Shown piece after piece: positions 23,436-36,807 of a stretch of DNA of 64,000 bases. A program made the translations under genes and the position numbers. The stretch comes from Lingula anatina (lineage: Eukaryota > Animalia > Brachiopoda), in the NCBI GenBank assembly GCA_051362555.1, contig CM120644.1, forward strand, positions 12,918,567 through 12,982,566. The letters are read 5' to 3'. Position 1 is the first letter of the stretch. Each line of letters begins with the position of its first letter. The notes beneath the pieces were generated by a model that made no database searches, had not been told where the DNA came from, and saw nothing but the letters and a program-made list of their open reading frames with translations.

Positions 23436-26084
23436 TTAGCAATGTGGATATATGCCTGCTAATAGATTTTTGAAATTATTTTTGCAAACTTCTAAACGTG
23501 AACGCTTACATTTGCCGAGTGCCGAGATTGCTTTACGGAAAAGCAACACCTCACGATTGAAATCCGACCCTTGCAACATAAGAGTGTTTTGTAACTTTGT
23601 CAGGAAGTGATTATATAACTGATAGTCAGCTTTGCTCCATTGCCTATGTTTCTTTACAGTAATTTCGTCTTTCACATTTTTATATTCATATTCCTGTTTG
23701 TTAGAAACAACATATAAGACGTCGTCCATACCCCAGCACAGCAAGCGGCGTAGTAGCACCAAACTTTCATCCAACATTTCCAAGACGATTACAAAATCGA
23801 ACTTCTTGTCCAAGAAATCAATGTACTCGGCAATGAATCTGTCGTTGTTCCTAAGATCATTTCTATCGTCTGGGAACCCAAACGCATATATCATGGCGTT
23901 TCTCAAGAAGCCTACACGGGTTGTGACATAGGCGTCGGTCCAATACTTGTATGGATTTTCCATAAATTCCACGACCGGGTTCGTGGTGTTTGTTAAATTG
24001 AATTTACTTGAAATATGAAAAAAATTGAACCCGCTTTGAAACTGAGAAAATGGTTCGCGAACTATACCAATATAAAACGTATCATTCGGCATCATGGTTT
24101 CTATTACTCTTGAGTCAAAAATCATGTGATTGAAAATTATATCATAGGTTACATTCGGGTTATAGTTGGCGTCGTTAACGGTTATTTTCTTGCGGGTCGA
24201 ATTGAACTTAGATTTTGGGTAAAATATGTTGTTATGCTTCGGAGAAAGACGTTTTAACTTATATTTAAGAGTAGCCTGTTCTAAAATTTTCCTCACTGTA
24301 GTTGAGCCGCATTTGTGCACTTTTAGAAACATGATGTGTCGGGTTGGCTGGCATTGTCCCTTTGGTAGGCATTTTATGGGAGGTACGTTGTAGGCAGACT
24401 GCAACAGTGAATCTTGAATGTTCCTATTTATCCCTGAAAGGAAAAAATAAATAAATAGATAAATAAATAAATAATTGTGCGTTACGTAATACTTCAAGTC
24501 ACATATCAAAATTTTATTTATACTCCGACTTCACGGTTTGTATTAATTATGTTTAAATAAATAAATAATTGAAAAAATTAAATAAATAAATAGTTGAAAA
24601 ATAAAGAAATGTATATCACTAAGTTGTATTTATACTTCGACTATACACACGAACTGATCAAGGATTGTTTAAAGGGGTGGGGCCGCGGATGCAAAGTCGA
24701 CCCCCCCCCACCCCACTTGGTGTGGGGTTCGGGACCTGAAATTTTTTGGTATTTTAGAGGGCGAACGGTGCCATTAGGTAGGGTTTAGAACTATGATTTA
24801 GCTAGTTAAACTTCTAATTTTAAGATGGGACCAGATATACATGTAGAAGGGAGAGACGGTGTCAGGCTCCCCCTAAAACCCGCTCTAAATCCGCCAATGT
24901 ATACAGTAGGCACAAGCTAGTTACGGGTTATCTTATATACTCTAGCAAATCATCTGAGATATTTTTTCTTAGTGTCTTCTTTTTTCTCCTTCTTACGTTT
25001 TTGGTTGTTTATATTTCTGTTCGGGATTGTATTACAAGCAATACGGTTTGTGTTACCATATACCCAAAGGGTAACTAACCGTATTGCTTAAACAAACATA
25101 GTGTGACAAAGTTTTCATTCAGTGAAGAGAAACATACTTCTCTGTTAATGTAATATTAATTCACATTTCAAGCTGGCTCCAAACGACATATTCTCATCCA
25201 GAATGGAGTCTCGATTTGACATTCAACAGACGTAAATTACGCCATCAGGTTGGTACAAAAACGAGGCATAAATATCATACGGCTTATATCTTTCGCTTGA
25301 AACTGACAGGTAACTATGTATACTCCAAAGGTACACAACATGAATACCAGAATCCATTTAATCAATCAAACTACAGAATTTTTGCTCTTTGGGCGATATT
25401 TTTGTAATCATTACAGACGAAACACCAATGTTTTTTTACACTTGTGACTTATGTACAACACAGCGCACGACACATTTATAAGGTGCACTGCTACATAAAT
25501 AAGATCGGGTGGAGTTTTAACAAAAAAGTAAACGAAATTAACGATTTTCCAACGCTACAAAATACATTTGTTTTCTGAAGACTTCAGATTGGTTTGACAT
25601 TCACTTGTGTTATCAATGGAATATCAAAAGGGTGAGATACTTTAATAATAAAACTGGGTTTAGCTTTGGATAAATACGACACATTTATACAACAGTGTAG
25701 CAGTAAAGTGTACTGCTACATAAGTAAAACTGGGTAGAGTTTTGACGAAAGTAAATGAATCAACGTTCTTTCATCGCTACAAAATACATACGTCTTCAGA
25801 TAGGTTTGGCATTTACTAGTGTCATCAATGGAATATCAAATGTGATTAGATTCAATCACGTTTGATATGATAACAGTCAAAATAAGACTGACACTTTAAT
25901 TTAAAAATGAATTATGCACGAGCCGACAAAATTGAATCGCCTTACCTTCAAAGTCACTTTGAAGTGGAGGTGGTGGCAATCGATGAGAAGGCAGTGTATG
26001 AATTCTCATAAGACGTGGAAACAGATATACTGCAGAGCATAAGAAGCAAGTCATAACAGCGAGTAAAAATATCCGCACTGACAT
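23436..26084 (-). CDS. GAL3ST-family sulfotransferase, copy B (intact, ~378 aa)
   Basis: Exon 1 26084-25946, exon 2 24433-23436, phases compatible; FLKVHKCGSTT and REPFSQFQSG motifs. Confidence 0.9.
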
Positions 26085-27920
26085 GGCCAAGATCAACTGA
26101 TGTAGTACAAGTACATTACAACACACAATCAGCAACCTTCACCTTCTGATCCAGCCTTTATCAACCTGTTTTTGTTTTATATTTAGTGCTCTCGTTATAT
26201 GATAGCTGCTTCATGTAGTCTTTACGAATGCTGTGCTGTGCTGTGCCACTTTTTCAACATGGGTATTCAATTATGCATCAATCTCAATGCGGTTTTTTTT
26301 CTTTATTTCGCATGATAAATTGACAGCGCTCCACACGAAAAAGCAGTAGATATATACTGCAATCACTGCAACTATGCCTCAAATCTGCTCCAATTTAAGC
26401 TGCGGACGAGGGGTATACTCTCCAGTAGTAGCATTTTACTGTAACCATATCTCAAAAAAGAACAGCAGAAATGAGGCGCTAAGTCGCTGCACGGTTCAAA
26501 TTCCATGAGTCTTGACAGCATAAAATCACGCATGTCATCTCTGGCACTAGTCTTCTCCTGCCACTACGTGGTGACTTATGGGCATCACCAGCGAGCCCCA
26601 TCTTTCTGTAAACGCCGCATACAGTCTGATCAAACACGATATCTTGCGGCTATCTGGGGGATATCCACTCACTCCTTTCTCAGACAAACAACTTCTTTTC
26701 TTTGTTCATTTGTGAACTCCAGTATCTTCATGGTAGCAACTTGACAGCAAGGAGGGGGTTTCACTATTTATAATGCACATTGTTGAAAGTTCAATACGCC
26801 AGCATGCAATTAACCGTAAATCACTTTTTTACGAATGTCAGAAAGCCCCCTATGCACACAGGTGGTGTAACACTTTCGTCACCCGCGCGCGTCCCTCTAT
26901 ATTTACATTTGTTACTAAAAGTAACATCTGCGATCGCTTGTTTTTTATTATAAACCCTGCAAACAGCAAATAACTTTTACAGTGTCTGATCTGGCTGGCA
27001 AAGAATTAAAAGACTTAAAGACTTGTTGGTATGTATGTTGTGCGAAAATAGTTGTCAGAACAGAGATAATATGTGTCTCAGATACGCGCGGTATGTTACT
27101 GCTGTATCCAGATCTGCTCTTATAGAAAACAGACAATTTGATATGTTTACGTCCATGACTCATCTGAGCGCAAACGTTTTCCAATATATGTCTTATAAGT
27201 ATATCTTTATATTCTCACTTCAATCAACTCGGAAAATATTTGACGAACCCTATATCTTTAGAAACGAGCCGTCTTCTTTCTGAAGGTAATCTAAAGATGG
27301 TTTTATTCAAAACACTATAGGTAACAGAGAGTTTTATTAGATCTAGTAGATTTAGGAAATAATTACTTATTTCAAACGTGACATCCATTCAAAATAACCT
27401 TTTTGTTCACCACATTGGGAACTTTAATTTCCATTAGAAGCAACGTCATCATGGTCGTTCATTATTTACATAAAACGCTTTATGTGGGGACAACATGCAA
27501 GAGAACAATTATCAAAACGACGCTTAATTCAAACAACAATGCGTGTAGGTAAAATGCCTTTACTGTACATGCTGTGTTAGATATCATCCATTAGTATAAA
27601 AAGCCCTCAAAACCACATTTTGCCTTTATTATATAGCTTTTTTATATTTGCATTTCAGACCTTTAGAACGACAGAAAGGCACATTTCAGTTTATCTACAA
27701 TTCAATGTGTACCTGATATAGATATTTATCAATAACCAAATCTGGGCATTTTGCAGCCTCATGCTAGAATTGAAAGCAGCTGAAGTATATGCGAACTAGA
27801 AAAGCACTCCGAGTGCGCAGACCTCCGCCAATACAGCAAAGTCTCTTCCCAATGCCGTTTCACCCCTTAAGTTTCATTCTACTATAATGATTTAGTTTTA
27901 TTATTTTTTTTATTATAACT

Positions 27921-28137
27921 TTGAGTAAACGTTGGATTTGAAAGTTGTGTCAACCTCAGATAACAACGTTGTATCAACGTCAGAAAACAATGTTATATCA
28001 ACCCCAACCAGCGGGACATTAGCCTGGATGTGTTTAGCAGTAGGGCATGTTTGATGGCTAAATATATGTAGGGTATATATGTATAGCCTTTTAATGTTAG
28101 AATTCCCAAAATTTAGATTAATATATATAGTTCTTTT

Positions 28138-28220
<83 letters not shown>

Positions 28221-29268
28221 ATAAGAAGATAACACGTTTTGTGTCTTTATATTCTGCTCCGCCTCGTCGGAGTGAGCGGCATGTTTCGTGCCTGTTCTAT
28301 TCTGCTCCGCTTCGTCGGTTTAAGTGGTAAGTATGTGTATACGGTAAGTGGTAAGTATGCATATATATATACTCCCGATCTCAACATCAGTTTGAGTGTT
28401 TATGTTCCAGCCCTGTGCGTCGATTTCCTCTGTGGGGTCTTCCTTGCCCAGTGCGCTTGGGCACCAGTCAAGGTTATGGCCTCTTTGCAACCCCACAAAC
28501 GAAATTTGTGCAAAATTGCTTGAAAATGATAACTTTTGCTGACTCGTCTCATCATTATTTTTAGGATGATGAGTCTTAGTTAATATTTCATATTTAATTT
28601 TTATCCCTAAGGCCATAACATTTAATGCAGGCAACAATTTGCCACATTGTTATTATTGTTAAAATTATTAGGATAGTGAGTTTATTTAATAAAAGCGGCC
28701 TTGTTTGGCCAAATCACGAACACCCGATAGTCTTTGTTGCATTCTCTTTTGCTATGAACGGGAATATGCAAGTTTGTGATGCACTGGGATGGAGGAGACA
28801 TAAAAATATATATAACAAAGTCACAGTCACCTTAACCTGTCTATCTATAACAGGTTACCAAGAACTGTTAACTCCATTACATTTACAGCAACTTGTTCAT
28901 CCTAGTGTTAGCTCACCTTGCAAGCAATTCAGTTTATTGGAATGTTTTTCTGAATAACAAGTTAAGAAAATTCACTAGTTAACTAAAGACACAAAACAAC
29001 TGTCAATTTTACTTTAAAACCATTTTGTTATTATTTTGATAAATTTAGTTACAGTACAGAGTATCACGTTTTCAATAATTAATATTTTAAATTAGAATTC
29101 ATAACTGCAAGGTTGTGTCATTGACCAAAATACAACATGAGTCAACGTCACATTATGACGGTGTTTCGACGTGGCTGGATCAACGTTGATTTGACGTAGG
29201 TAGATCAACGGCAATTCAACGTATCAACCTGTTTTCAACGTTGATCCAATGCAACTATGCCTGCTAGG
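27921..29268. mobile_element. Non-autonomous CCC-ended element with CAACGTTG subterminal repeats (EnSpm-like); partial inverted copy at 50269-50712
   Basis: End ...ATGCCTGCTAGG matches the reverse complement of CCCAGCAGGCAT at 50269; ~450 bp of inverted homology; left boundary approximate. Confidence 0.6.
28140..28222. repeat. (TA)n microsatellite
   Basis: Direct inspection. Confidence 0.95.
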
Positions 29269-32200
29269 ATCTTGCAGCCTCCGTCGCGGTCTCCCTCTCC
29301 TTCTAGTTCCATTGACCATGCCTGTCAGGATATCCTTTCCCAGCCCTGTGCTTCTGGCTACATGCCCCATAAAGGACAGTTTCCGCTTATTGATGCTGTT
29401 CAAAAGAGTCATTTTTCCAATCTTATCCAAGACCCATTCATTTGTTTTCCGTTCTTTCCAACTAATTCTCAGGATCCTTCTGTAGCACCATACTTCAAAT
29501 GACTTTAGTCGGTTCTCATCCGATTGTTTCACCACCCAGCATTCACACCCGTATGTTGCAACAGGGAATACAAGAGTCTTCAAAATTCTAAGTTTCGTAC
29601 ACATCGTAATGGCTCTATCCTTCCAAATATTTGAGAGACTAATCACTGTTTTTCTGGCAATCGCAAGTCTCCTTTTTATCTCTTTGCTGTCATTGCAGTC
29701 GTTTGTGATTTCTGCACCAAGGTATATAAAATTGTCAACTGTTGCTATGATCTCTCCATTTACAATAAGATCTTGCAAATCAAAATTTTCCGGATCGCCA
29801 ATCATTTTCATAACTTTTGTCTTTTGAGTATTAAGCACGAGTCCAGTTTGTTCACTTGTAAGTTTGACTTTCTTTACAAGCATTTCCAGTTCTTGCATGG
29901 ATCCAGCAATGAGCACAATATCATCTGCATACCGAAGATTGGTAACAGTTTATCCACCTATTTTTACTGTCCCTTCAAAGTCTTCTAAGGCATCCCTCAT
30001 GATTTGCTCGGAATAGATGTTAAAGAGATAGTATGCATCCTTGACGGACACCTTGACCAATGTTTAAAAAGTTCGCTAAATCATAATTAGTTCTTACAGT
30101 GGCTCTTTGATTGTCGTATATTCCTTTATGAGCTGGATTATATGTCCTGGGAATCCCTTTTTTGGCATTGTATTCCACAGCGTTTCATGATCAACCGTGT
30201 CAAACGCCTTACGATAATCAATGAAACACATGTATAAATTGTGATGCCACTCTCTATGCTTTTCCATCATCAGTTTTAGGTTGAGGATTTGATCTCTGGT
30301 GCCTTTACTGGCTCGGAAGCCACACTGCTCATCTGAAAATTTCATAATCTAACTTTGCTTTTATACGGCCAGCAATCACTTTTAGTAAAATTTTACTGCA
30401 GTGACTGATTAATGACACTGTTCGGTTGTTGCTGCATTCTAATACATCTCCTTTTTTGGTATGGGTATAAATATGGAAGTCACTCAGTCTTCGGGCCATT
30501 TCTTTTCCTTCCATATGTTGTTGCATAGTATGTGAAAGAAGTCAATAACATTTTCTTCACCTTTTTTCGCGAGTTCGGCCGCTACTTCATCAAATCCTGT
30601 GCTTTTATTGTTCCTCAGTTTTTTTATGGCTTTGTTGATTTCACTTTTTAGTGGAGGAGGTTCCTCCTCAGCCATATCCAAGTTGAGATTAGTTCTAATT
30701 ACTTTGTCATTGATTTTGTACAAATTCTCGCAGTAAGATATTCCATCTTCTTTTGACATCGTTACCATTACATAATGTTTCACCGTTATCATCTTTAATT
30801 GCGTCAACGTTTGGTCTAAATTTCTTTGTTAGATCTCTAACTCCTTGGTTGAGGTCTCTCGTTGAGTTGATTATGGAATTTTCTTCTATTCTTTGGCAGA
30901 CCTTTTCAATTTGCATATTCTTATCTCTCCTCTTGAGTCTTTGTACGACTGTATTCTGTGTTTTATATTGGTCAGTGGTGCCTGAATTGCCTTTTACCAA
31001 TCTTCTTTTTTCGATTTCTTTCCTCGTTTTTTTCTGAAATCCAGCTATTCTGTGATTTTTGGCGCTTTTGAATAGTTTCTTTTGCAGCTTGCAGCAGGTT
31101 TTCTTTTCCCAGTTCCCATAGTTCGTCAGGGAACATTTTTTTCTGTACTGCATTCCATCAGGGCTTGAAATTTGTTAGAGATTGTTACTGCATAGCTTTC
31201 ATCTAGTATATAGTGTTGAGTAATCAAAACGGAGAGGAGCTGGAGGTTGTGATACTTTTTTCAGTCTCATTTGAACCCAAGCTGTTAGCAGCTAGTAGTC
31301 ACTGCTACAGTCGGCACCGGGTAATGTTCTGACGTCTTTCAAGCAGCTTTTCCATTTCTCATCCATCATTATATAGTCGATTTGGTTTCTGGTGGTTTTG
31401 TCTGGAGAGATCCAAGTGTAAAGTCGTCTTGGATGTTGGGTGAATAGCGTATTGCCAATAATGAGGTTGTTTTCTTCGCAAAATTCTATAAGGGCGTCAC
31501 CTCTTTTATTTCTGTTGCTAATTCCACAGGTCCCGTAGATCTGTCTGCGATTCCCACTTTGGCGTTCATGTCACCCATAACAATTTTTATCTCCCGGCTT
31601 GCTATCTTGTCCAGTGTCTCTTGAAGTTGAGTGTAGAATCCCTCTAGTACTTCTTCGCTTGCAGTGCTTGTTGGTGCATAGCATTGTATGATATTGAGAT
31701 TATAAGGTTGAGCTTTGATGCAAATTTTTAGGATTCTGTCTGACACTGGAGAGCATCCTATTAGCGCGTTTGTTTTTTCTTTCGCCAGGATCACAGCCAC
31801 ACCATGACTGTACCCAGTTTCTTTTCCTGAGTAGATGGCTTTGCAGGATTCCCCACTACAGAAACTGCCACAGTTATTCCAGTTTGTTTCAGCCACTCCA
31901 AGGATCTGGATATTATTTCGGTTCATTTCTTTGCATACCGTGTCCAGTTTTCCAAGTGCTTTAAGTTTTCTTACATTCCATGTGCCAATGCGAATTCTTT
32001 TTCGCATGTTATGACTCTGTTTTCCAGTAGCATACCTGTCGTGTCCAGCCTGGTCACCTACTGGATGACGCGTCCCTTGGTAACCCGCGCGACGGGCGGT
32101 GCGGTATGAGGTCCTGTTTTGTTGCCTATCCATTGCATATGTAGTCTGGAGCGTATGATAGAAGAGGTAGGGGCCCCAAATTCCTTTCCTCAGCCGCAGT

Positions 32201-32760
32201 GCTCGCTTACTGAGCTATTGACTTCTGCCATTTGTCCAGTTGAACCGAGTATCCCGCAAGAAAACGCAGTAGATACTCCAGCGCAGTAGACTACAGCAAT
32301 CATACTGTAAACCGCAGTAGACTACTGCAATCATACTGCAAACATGCTTCATATCTGCTTCGATTTGGGAGCTAATTAGCATATTTGAAACATGCTTCTA
32401 TCATGCTGCTAATCTACTGCATTAATGCTCCTCTCTGTACAAACCTACATGTATGTACTTTTTGGAGTAGAATTGCAGTAGGCTATGCTGCATTTCTACT
32501 GCAAATATGCTCCGCACCACTACTGCGTTAATGCTTTTTTGCTACTTCGATACTACTGCATTTTCGTGCGGGATATATCTGCCAAACGTCTTCGCTGTGC
32601 AGGCCGTTTTTCCCAGTTGCACCAGATTACGCCCTTCACAATGATCCACTTTCCTGCTTCCAAAAGCTTCACCACTACCCTGGCCCGGGGAGCTACTGAG
32701 GTGCTACTCCTTGCTCAAGGGAGCCCCAGGGTGCAGTTTAACGTCTTACCCAGGACGGAC
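29269..32760 (-). mobile_element. Degenerate RTE-clade (BovB-like) LINE, near full length
   Basis: APE endonuclease (IGTWNVRKL, IIQCYAPT, VMGDMNAKVG) at 32133-31486; RT motifs QCGFRASKGTRDQI, FIDYRKAFDTVDH, NLRYADDIVL (~29930); C-terminal GTRRRGRPRRR; several frameshifts. Confidence 0.92.
32253..32572. mobile_element. CCC...GGG MITE with GCAGTAG subterminal repeats nested in the RTE 5' region
   Basis: TIR CCCGCAAGAAAACGCAGTAG / CTACTGCATTTTCGTGCGGG; 2-bp TSD AT. Confidence 0.8.
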
Positions 32761-32761
32761 C

Positions 32762-33432
32762 CAAAGTGTGCAGTCATGATAAAGCCTGGAGTTAACCCCA
32801 AAGTCAGTTCTTGAAGATGGAATGAGAAATCAGCTGAGAATGCTACGTTCAGAGATCCCACAGGCACCTGAACCTGGAAGGAAGTCGGTTTTGTTAGATC
32901 AGTCCGTATTTGGAGAACATTCCAAGCCCATGGTATTAGTACCAATTCCCAAATAATTTTGTCCAATTCCGCCACGCTCTTTAGGATGAATGACAATATC
33001 CCACATAACAGAATTGTTACCCGTGTTGAAGGTTTGTCGCGCCGTCTACAGGAGATAATTGCAGTACGCGGTAGACGCACACACAGTTAGGCACGTGACT
33101 TTTAACGAGCACACCCTAATGCTAATTGTGTGTGAATTTGGTGACATTTGATGGCCTCTTTTTAATTTAATAGACATTTCTTTACATCTGTAGAAGTCAC
33201 AGTGAAACTGGATTTGAGGGGCTACCTCTTATACAGTTTACTAAATGGTACAAAATATGTATATTTTCACCACTATTTTGTATTTTTAACCACTAATTAT
33301 GTTAGACACGGTATGTGTAATAATAATAATAATAATAAAAACACTATTTCTAACAATTTATAGCTGTGAGGTGATCATTTGTAAATATTAGTAGATGGAA
33401 ATGGGGGTGGGATAACCTTTTGACCAATGTTG
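32762..33432 (+). mobile_element. Right part of Tc1-family element (paralog of 53370-54501)
   Basis: Matches 53567-54501 with an internal deletion; right TIR ...TGACCAATGTTG. Confidence 0.8.
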
Positions 33433-33649
33433 TGTACATCTAGTCTCATACTATAAGGAATTTCGTTACACCACGATTGGAAGTCATATCTATTCTCTTT
33501 TGATGAAATTCCTCGACTCCTTGATTAATCCAGACTATTCCAAAACCATGCCAAAACCATATAACAGTTTCTTTACTTGTATTGCCGAGCAATCCTTATC
33601 GTTTTCTACCATATTATGCTGCCCCACGTAACACTCTTTAATAAACCTA

Positions 33650-35283
33650 CAGACTTGACATTTAAAATGGAATATTTTTTTCCAAATCATTTTTCATCAA
33701 TCTTTTCCTATTGTGCTTACTGATAAATAAAAATAAGAATTAAAATCGTGTTTTAATAACTTTTAATTATCTCTTTGGTGTAACTGTGACATCAGTTCAT
33801 TCATTGAATTCGCCAGGGAAGCAAACAAAACTACATTGCATATTCTATCTCATAAGACAACCATTAAAAACGATATTTTGGATCTCCATATTTTTCTAAT
33901 TATCGTTTGTAAAAGAGTTACAGGCCCCACAAAAGAGCCTCATGTCAGTGTCTAGTTACAGCAACGGTCGCTGTTACCTCCAACCTCTTCTAGCAGCTAC
34001 CAGGGCTCCCAAGCGGCAAGACATTTATTGGGATAGGTCTTTTAGAGTTCAGTCTGGAATAACATACCAGGCGTCGGTCAAAACTTGTCCAATTTTGGTC
34101 CAGTTTTGTTGTAGGACATGTAAGCTGTTGATTCGGCGAATATACCGACATATTGTCTATGTGGTTCAAATATGGCGATTTTGATGACCAAGGTAGCTGC
34201 CCATTCCCTTGGTTCTGTAAGTTATCTGCTATTTATTGTGCTCTGTGTGAACCGGCGTTCTCACCATGCAACCTAAAATTGTTCCTAAGGTGCCCCCTAT
34301 CAAATGATAGTCAAATGATTACCAGATTATTCCTTTATTTGATCTAGTTCAGGTTTTCATCAATGACTACCATTTTTGTTTTGGCACCAATGTGGTATCC
34401 ACTCCAAATACTGACACGGTCAATGACCCTAGTCACTTAAGACGCGGCACACGCTTCGTCGTAGGCCTCTTCTGGATGTCTGTAAACACTGTTATGACTA
34501 GTTGAGCGGTACAGGTGAAATCTGCGCTCAATAAAGAAAACCACGCGGTTTCAGTGTTCTACCCAGAAACGTAAATGGTCCCCAAATCATTAGAGAAACA
34601 GACGACGATGTTTTGCTGTTCACTGTTGATTCCTCGGAGGTCGTCTGGTATTCTATCCTGCTAAAACCAGTTTGGTTTTTCGCTAAGGACCTTTAAAAAT
34701 GTGTTTTGGTGGCATTTTACCCCTCCTTCTGAACGGACTGGGTTGTTTTTGTTTAGTTGCAGCGGCATGTCCCGAAAGACAGCGAGTCCTATACCCTGGT
34801 GGTAAGCTTTCGATACACTGGGTGAGACCTCTATAAAACTGTGCAGACCGTCCCGTTTGGCGCAATAATCTGTCTGGCAATGTCTGTCTTTTTCGCGCCA
34901 TTCTGCCACAGATGAACAATTCTGTAAAACACTTTTTGGCTCATTTTACGCACTGCAAAACCGACCGCTTGTATGCAAATTTTTTTATTCCTCTGTGCAG
35001 TAGTTGCCGATATACCTGTATGGATACTTTTTTGACAGAACCATGCTTTGCCGAAGCCAAGCTTTGACCAGCCCTAAGGAGCACTACCCAATTAAATCAC
35101 TGCACATTACAAAATACAGCAGTGCAACAGACATGGTAATCAGTTAATTAGTAGCAACATACCTGAGTTAACACTTCTCCAATCACATATTTTATATGAG
35201 GTCGGAGTTGTTTGAAAAAAGAATGCATTTTTACCTAGGCATACCTTCAAAACTGAAATATCCCATATTAAATGTCAAGTCTG
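33650..35283. mobile_element. 1.6-kb DNA transposon with TA TSD and degraded coding remnant; partial inverted copy at ~43450-43856
   Basis: TIR CAGACTTGACATTTAA(A/T)ATGG at both ends; empty site AAACCTATTTTCAGG at ~21916 and ~54712. Confidence 0.85.
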
Positions 35284-36409
35284 TATTTTTAGGTGTTTTC
35301 TTAAGCTTGGTACAGTACTTAATACATTTCACCAAGTGCACAACCCTTACAGTGTTTCTTACAAATTTGCCGCTACGTCAGACACATTTTTCGCAATTGT
35401 AATCAAAATTTGCGGAATTTGGTCTGTACAATTTTCCCATGTTGCCGAGGATGGAAGGCCGATGCTTCTGCCCCATAGTTAAAAAGGGACTATCCTTGTA
35501 TGAAAAACCTTTAGCCAGCAATTTCCCAAATTTATTCACATGTATTTTTCAGGACAAATAATGTCTTGAATACTTGTTCAGCTGATTTCTTTTGTTCCTC
35601 ATTTCAACCTCCTATGGTTGTAGATGACATACCCAGACATGTAATTGTAATTGATCTGTTTGCACCCCTGATGAGGCTGCTAGGGGGTAATTATCATTTA
35701 GCAGCTTCAGTAGTGCCATACATCTAAACCGCTTAAGCTAAAAGCAATTAAGCGAGAAACTCATCAGAGATGGATCGATCCTGTTATATCCATCTAGGTG
35801 TGAAAACCCAGTCTTAAGCATATTTCATTGTTTGGACTGCCAGTCAAATTTTTCATGGTCTGTTTGCTGCTCAGGTGGAATTGTGTGTGGATAGATGAAT
35901 TTATGAATAGTTGGTTACGACAAATTCGCAGCGAATTTGCAGCAAATATTGCTGCAAACTTTACATTTTGCTGAGGGGATGCACAAGTATAATAACAACC
36001 ATGTTTTTGAATCGACAGCCTCGGAAAATAGATTCAATTTAGAATATTGCTTATTGTGCACAGTTATCAATTGAATGAGAGAAATGAAAAGTAAATTCAT
36101 CACAATCTGCAAGAGTAATCGTCTGCCACATTGAATCAAATATCTCCTTTTTTAAACAATTGTACACTTGTGGTCTTATTTTTTTTGCAAATACAAGCAT
36201 ATTTATGAATGAGGGAAATATTGTTATTTTCGAATGAGAGAGAGAGAGAGAGAGAAAGCCCTCTTGTGTGTGTGGAAGGCCCTCTTTTGATGTTGAAGAA
36301 ATATTTCTTATATTCTGTTCAGTGGTATTCATTTCGTATTCAGTCGTATTTCATCATACCTTTTGCAAGTACAAGCAATACCATGGATGAAAGAAATACT
36401 GTAATGTCT

Positions 36410-36440
<31 letters not shown>

Positions 36441-36807
36441 GTGTGGGAAGTCCCTGTTTTAATGTTGAAGAAATACAATGCATTTCATATATTCAACTAT
36501 ACCAGTCGTATTCCATTTGATACTTACATCACCAGATGGCAAGCACTAATGACAAGCCTTAAGTAATTAAAATAAAGAGAAAAAAGGCACTGAACGGTGA
36601 ATTTTACAGCTTTGGCCAGCGCCCATCACTGCAAGTCCACACACCGTGAGTGATAAAATAATTCATGAAATTAATTTGCACAGCTTTAATTATTCATCTG
36701 CTAGGCTAGTTGTACTCCTATCTTTTAAACTAAGGTTGTCACTTCTTTTCCATTATTTAAAAGTATAATTTCCACCATCACTCAGTTGCTCTGGAATTGC
36801 TGAAGAC

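Noticed and set aside
23632-23931. Recurrent ~99-aa + strand ORF (also 37004, 44150, 56359, 59018, 63010)
   Set aside because: Antisense shadow of the conserved GAL3ST exon; it recurs only because the gene is duplicated.
23436-24509. Single-exon models of 357/360 aa with N-terminal YLFIYLFIYFF (also 62814-63896)
   Set aside because: The hydrophobic stretch is translated intronic (TTTA)n before a conserved TTTCAG acceptor; the real anchor exon lies upstream.
25460-25860. ~190-bp tandem duplication in the introns of B, C and F
   Set aside because: Only two diverged units with no spacer structure; ordinary local duplication, not a CRISPR-like array or RNA gene.
28079-28330. ORFs with YIYI, ERER or SLSL runs
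   Set aside because: Translations of (TA)n and (GA)n microsatellites.
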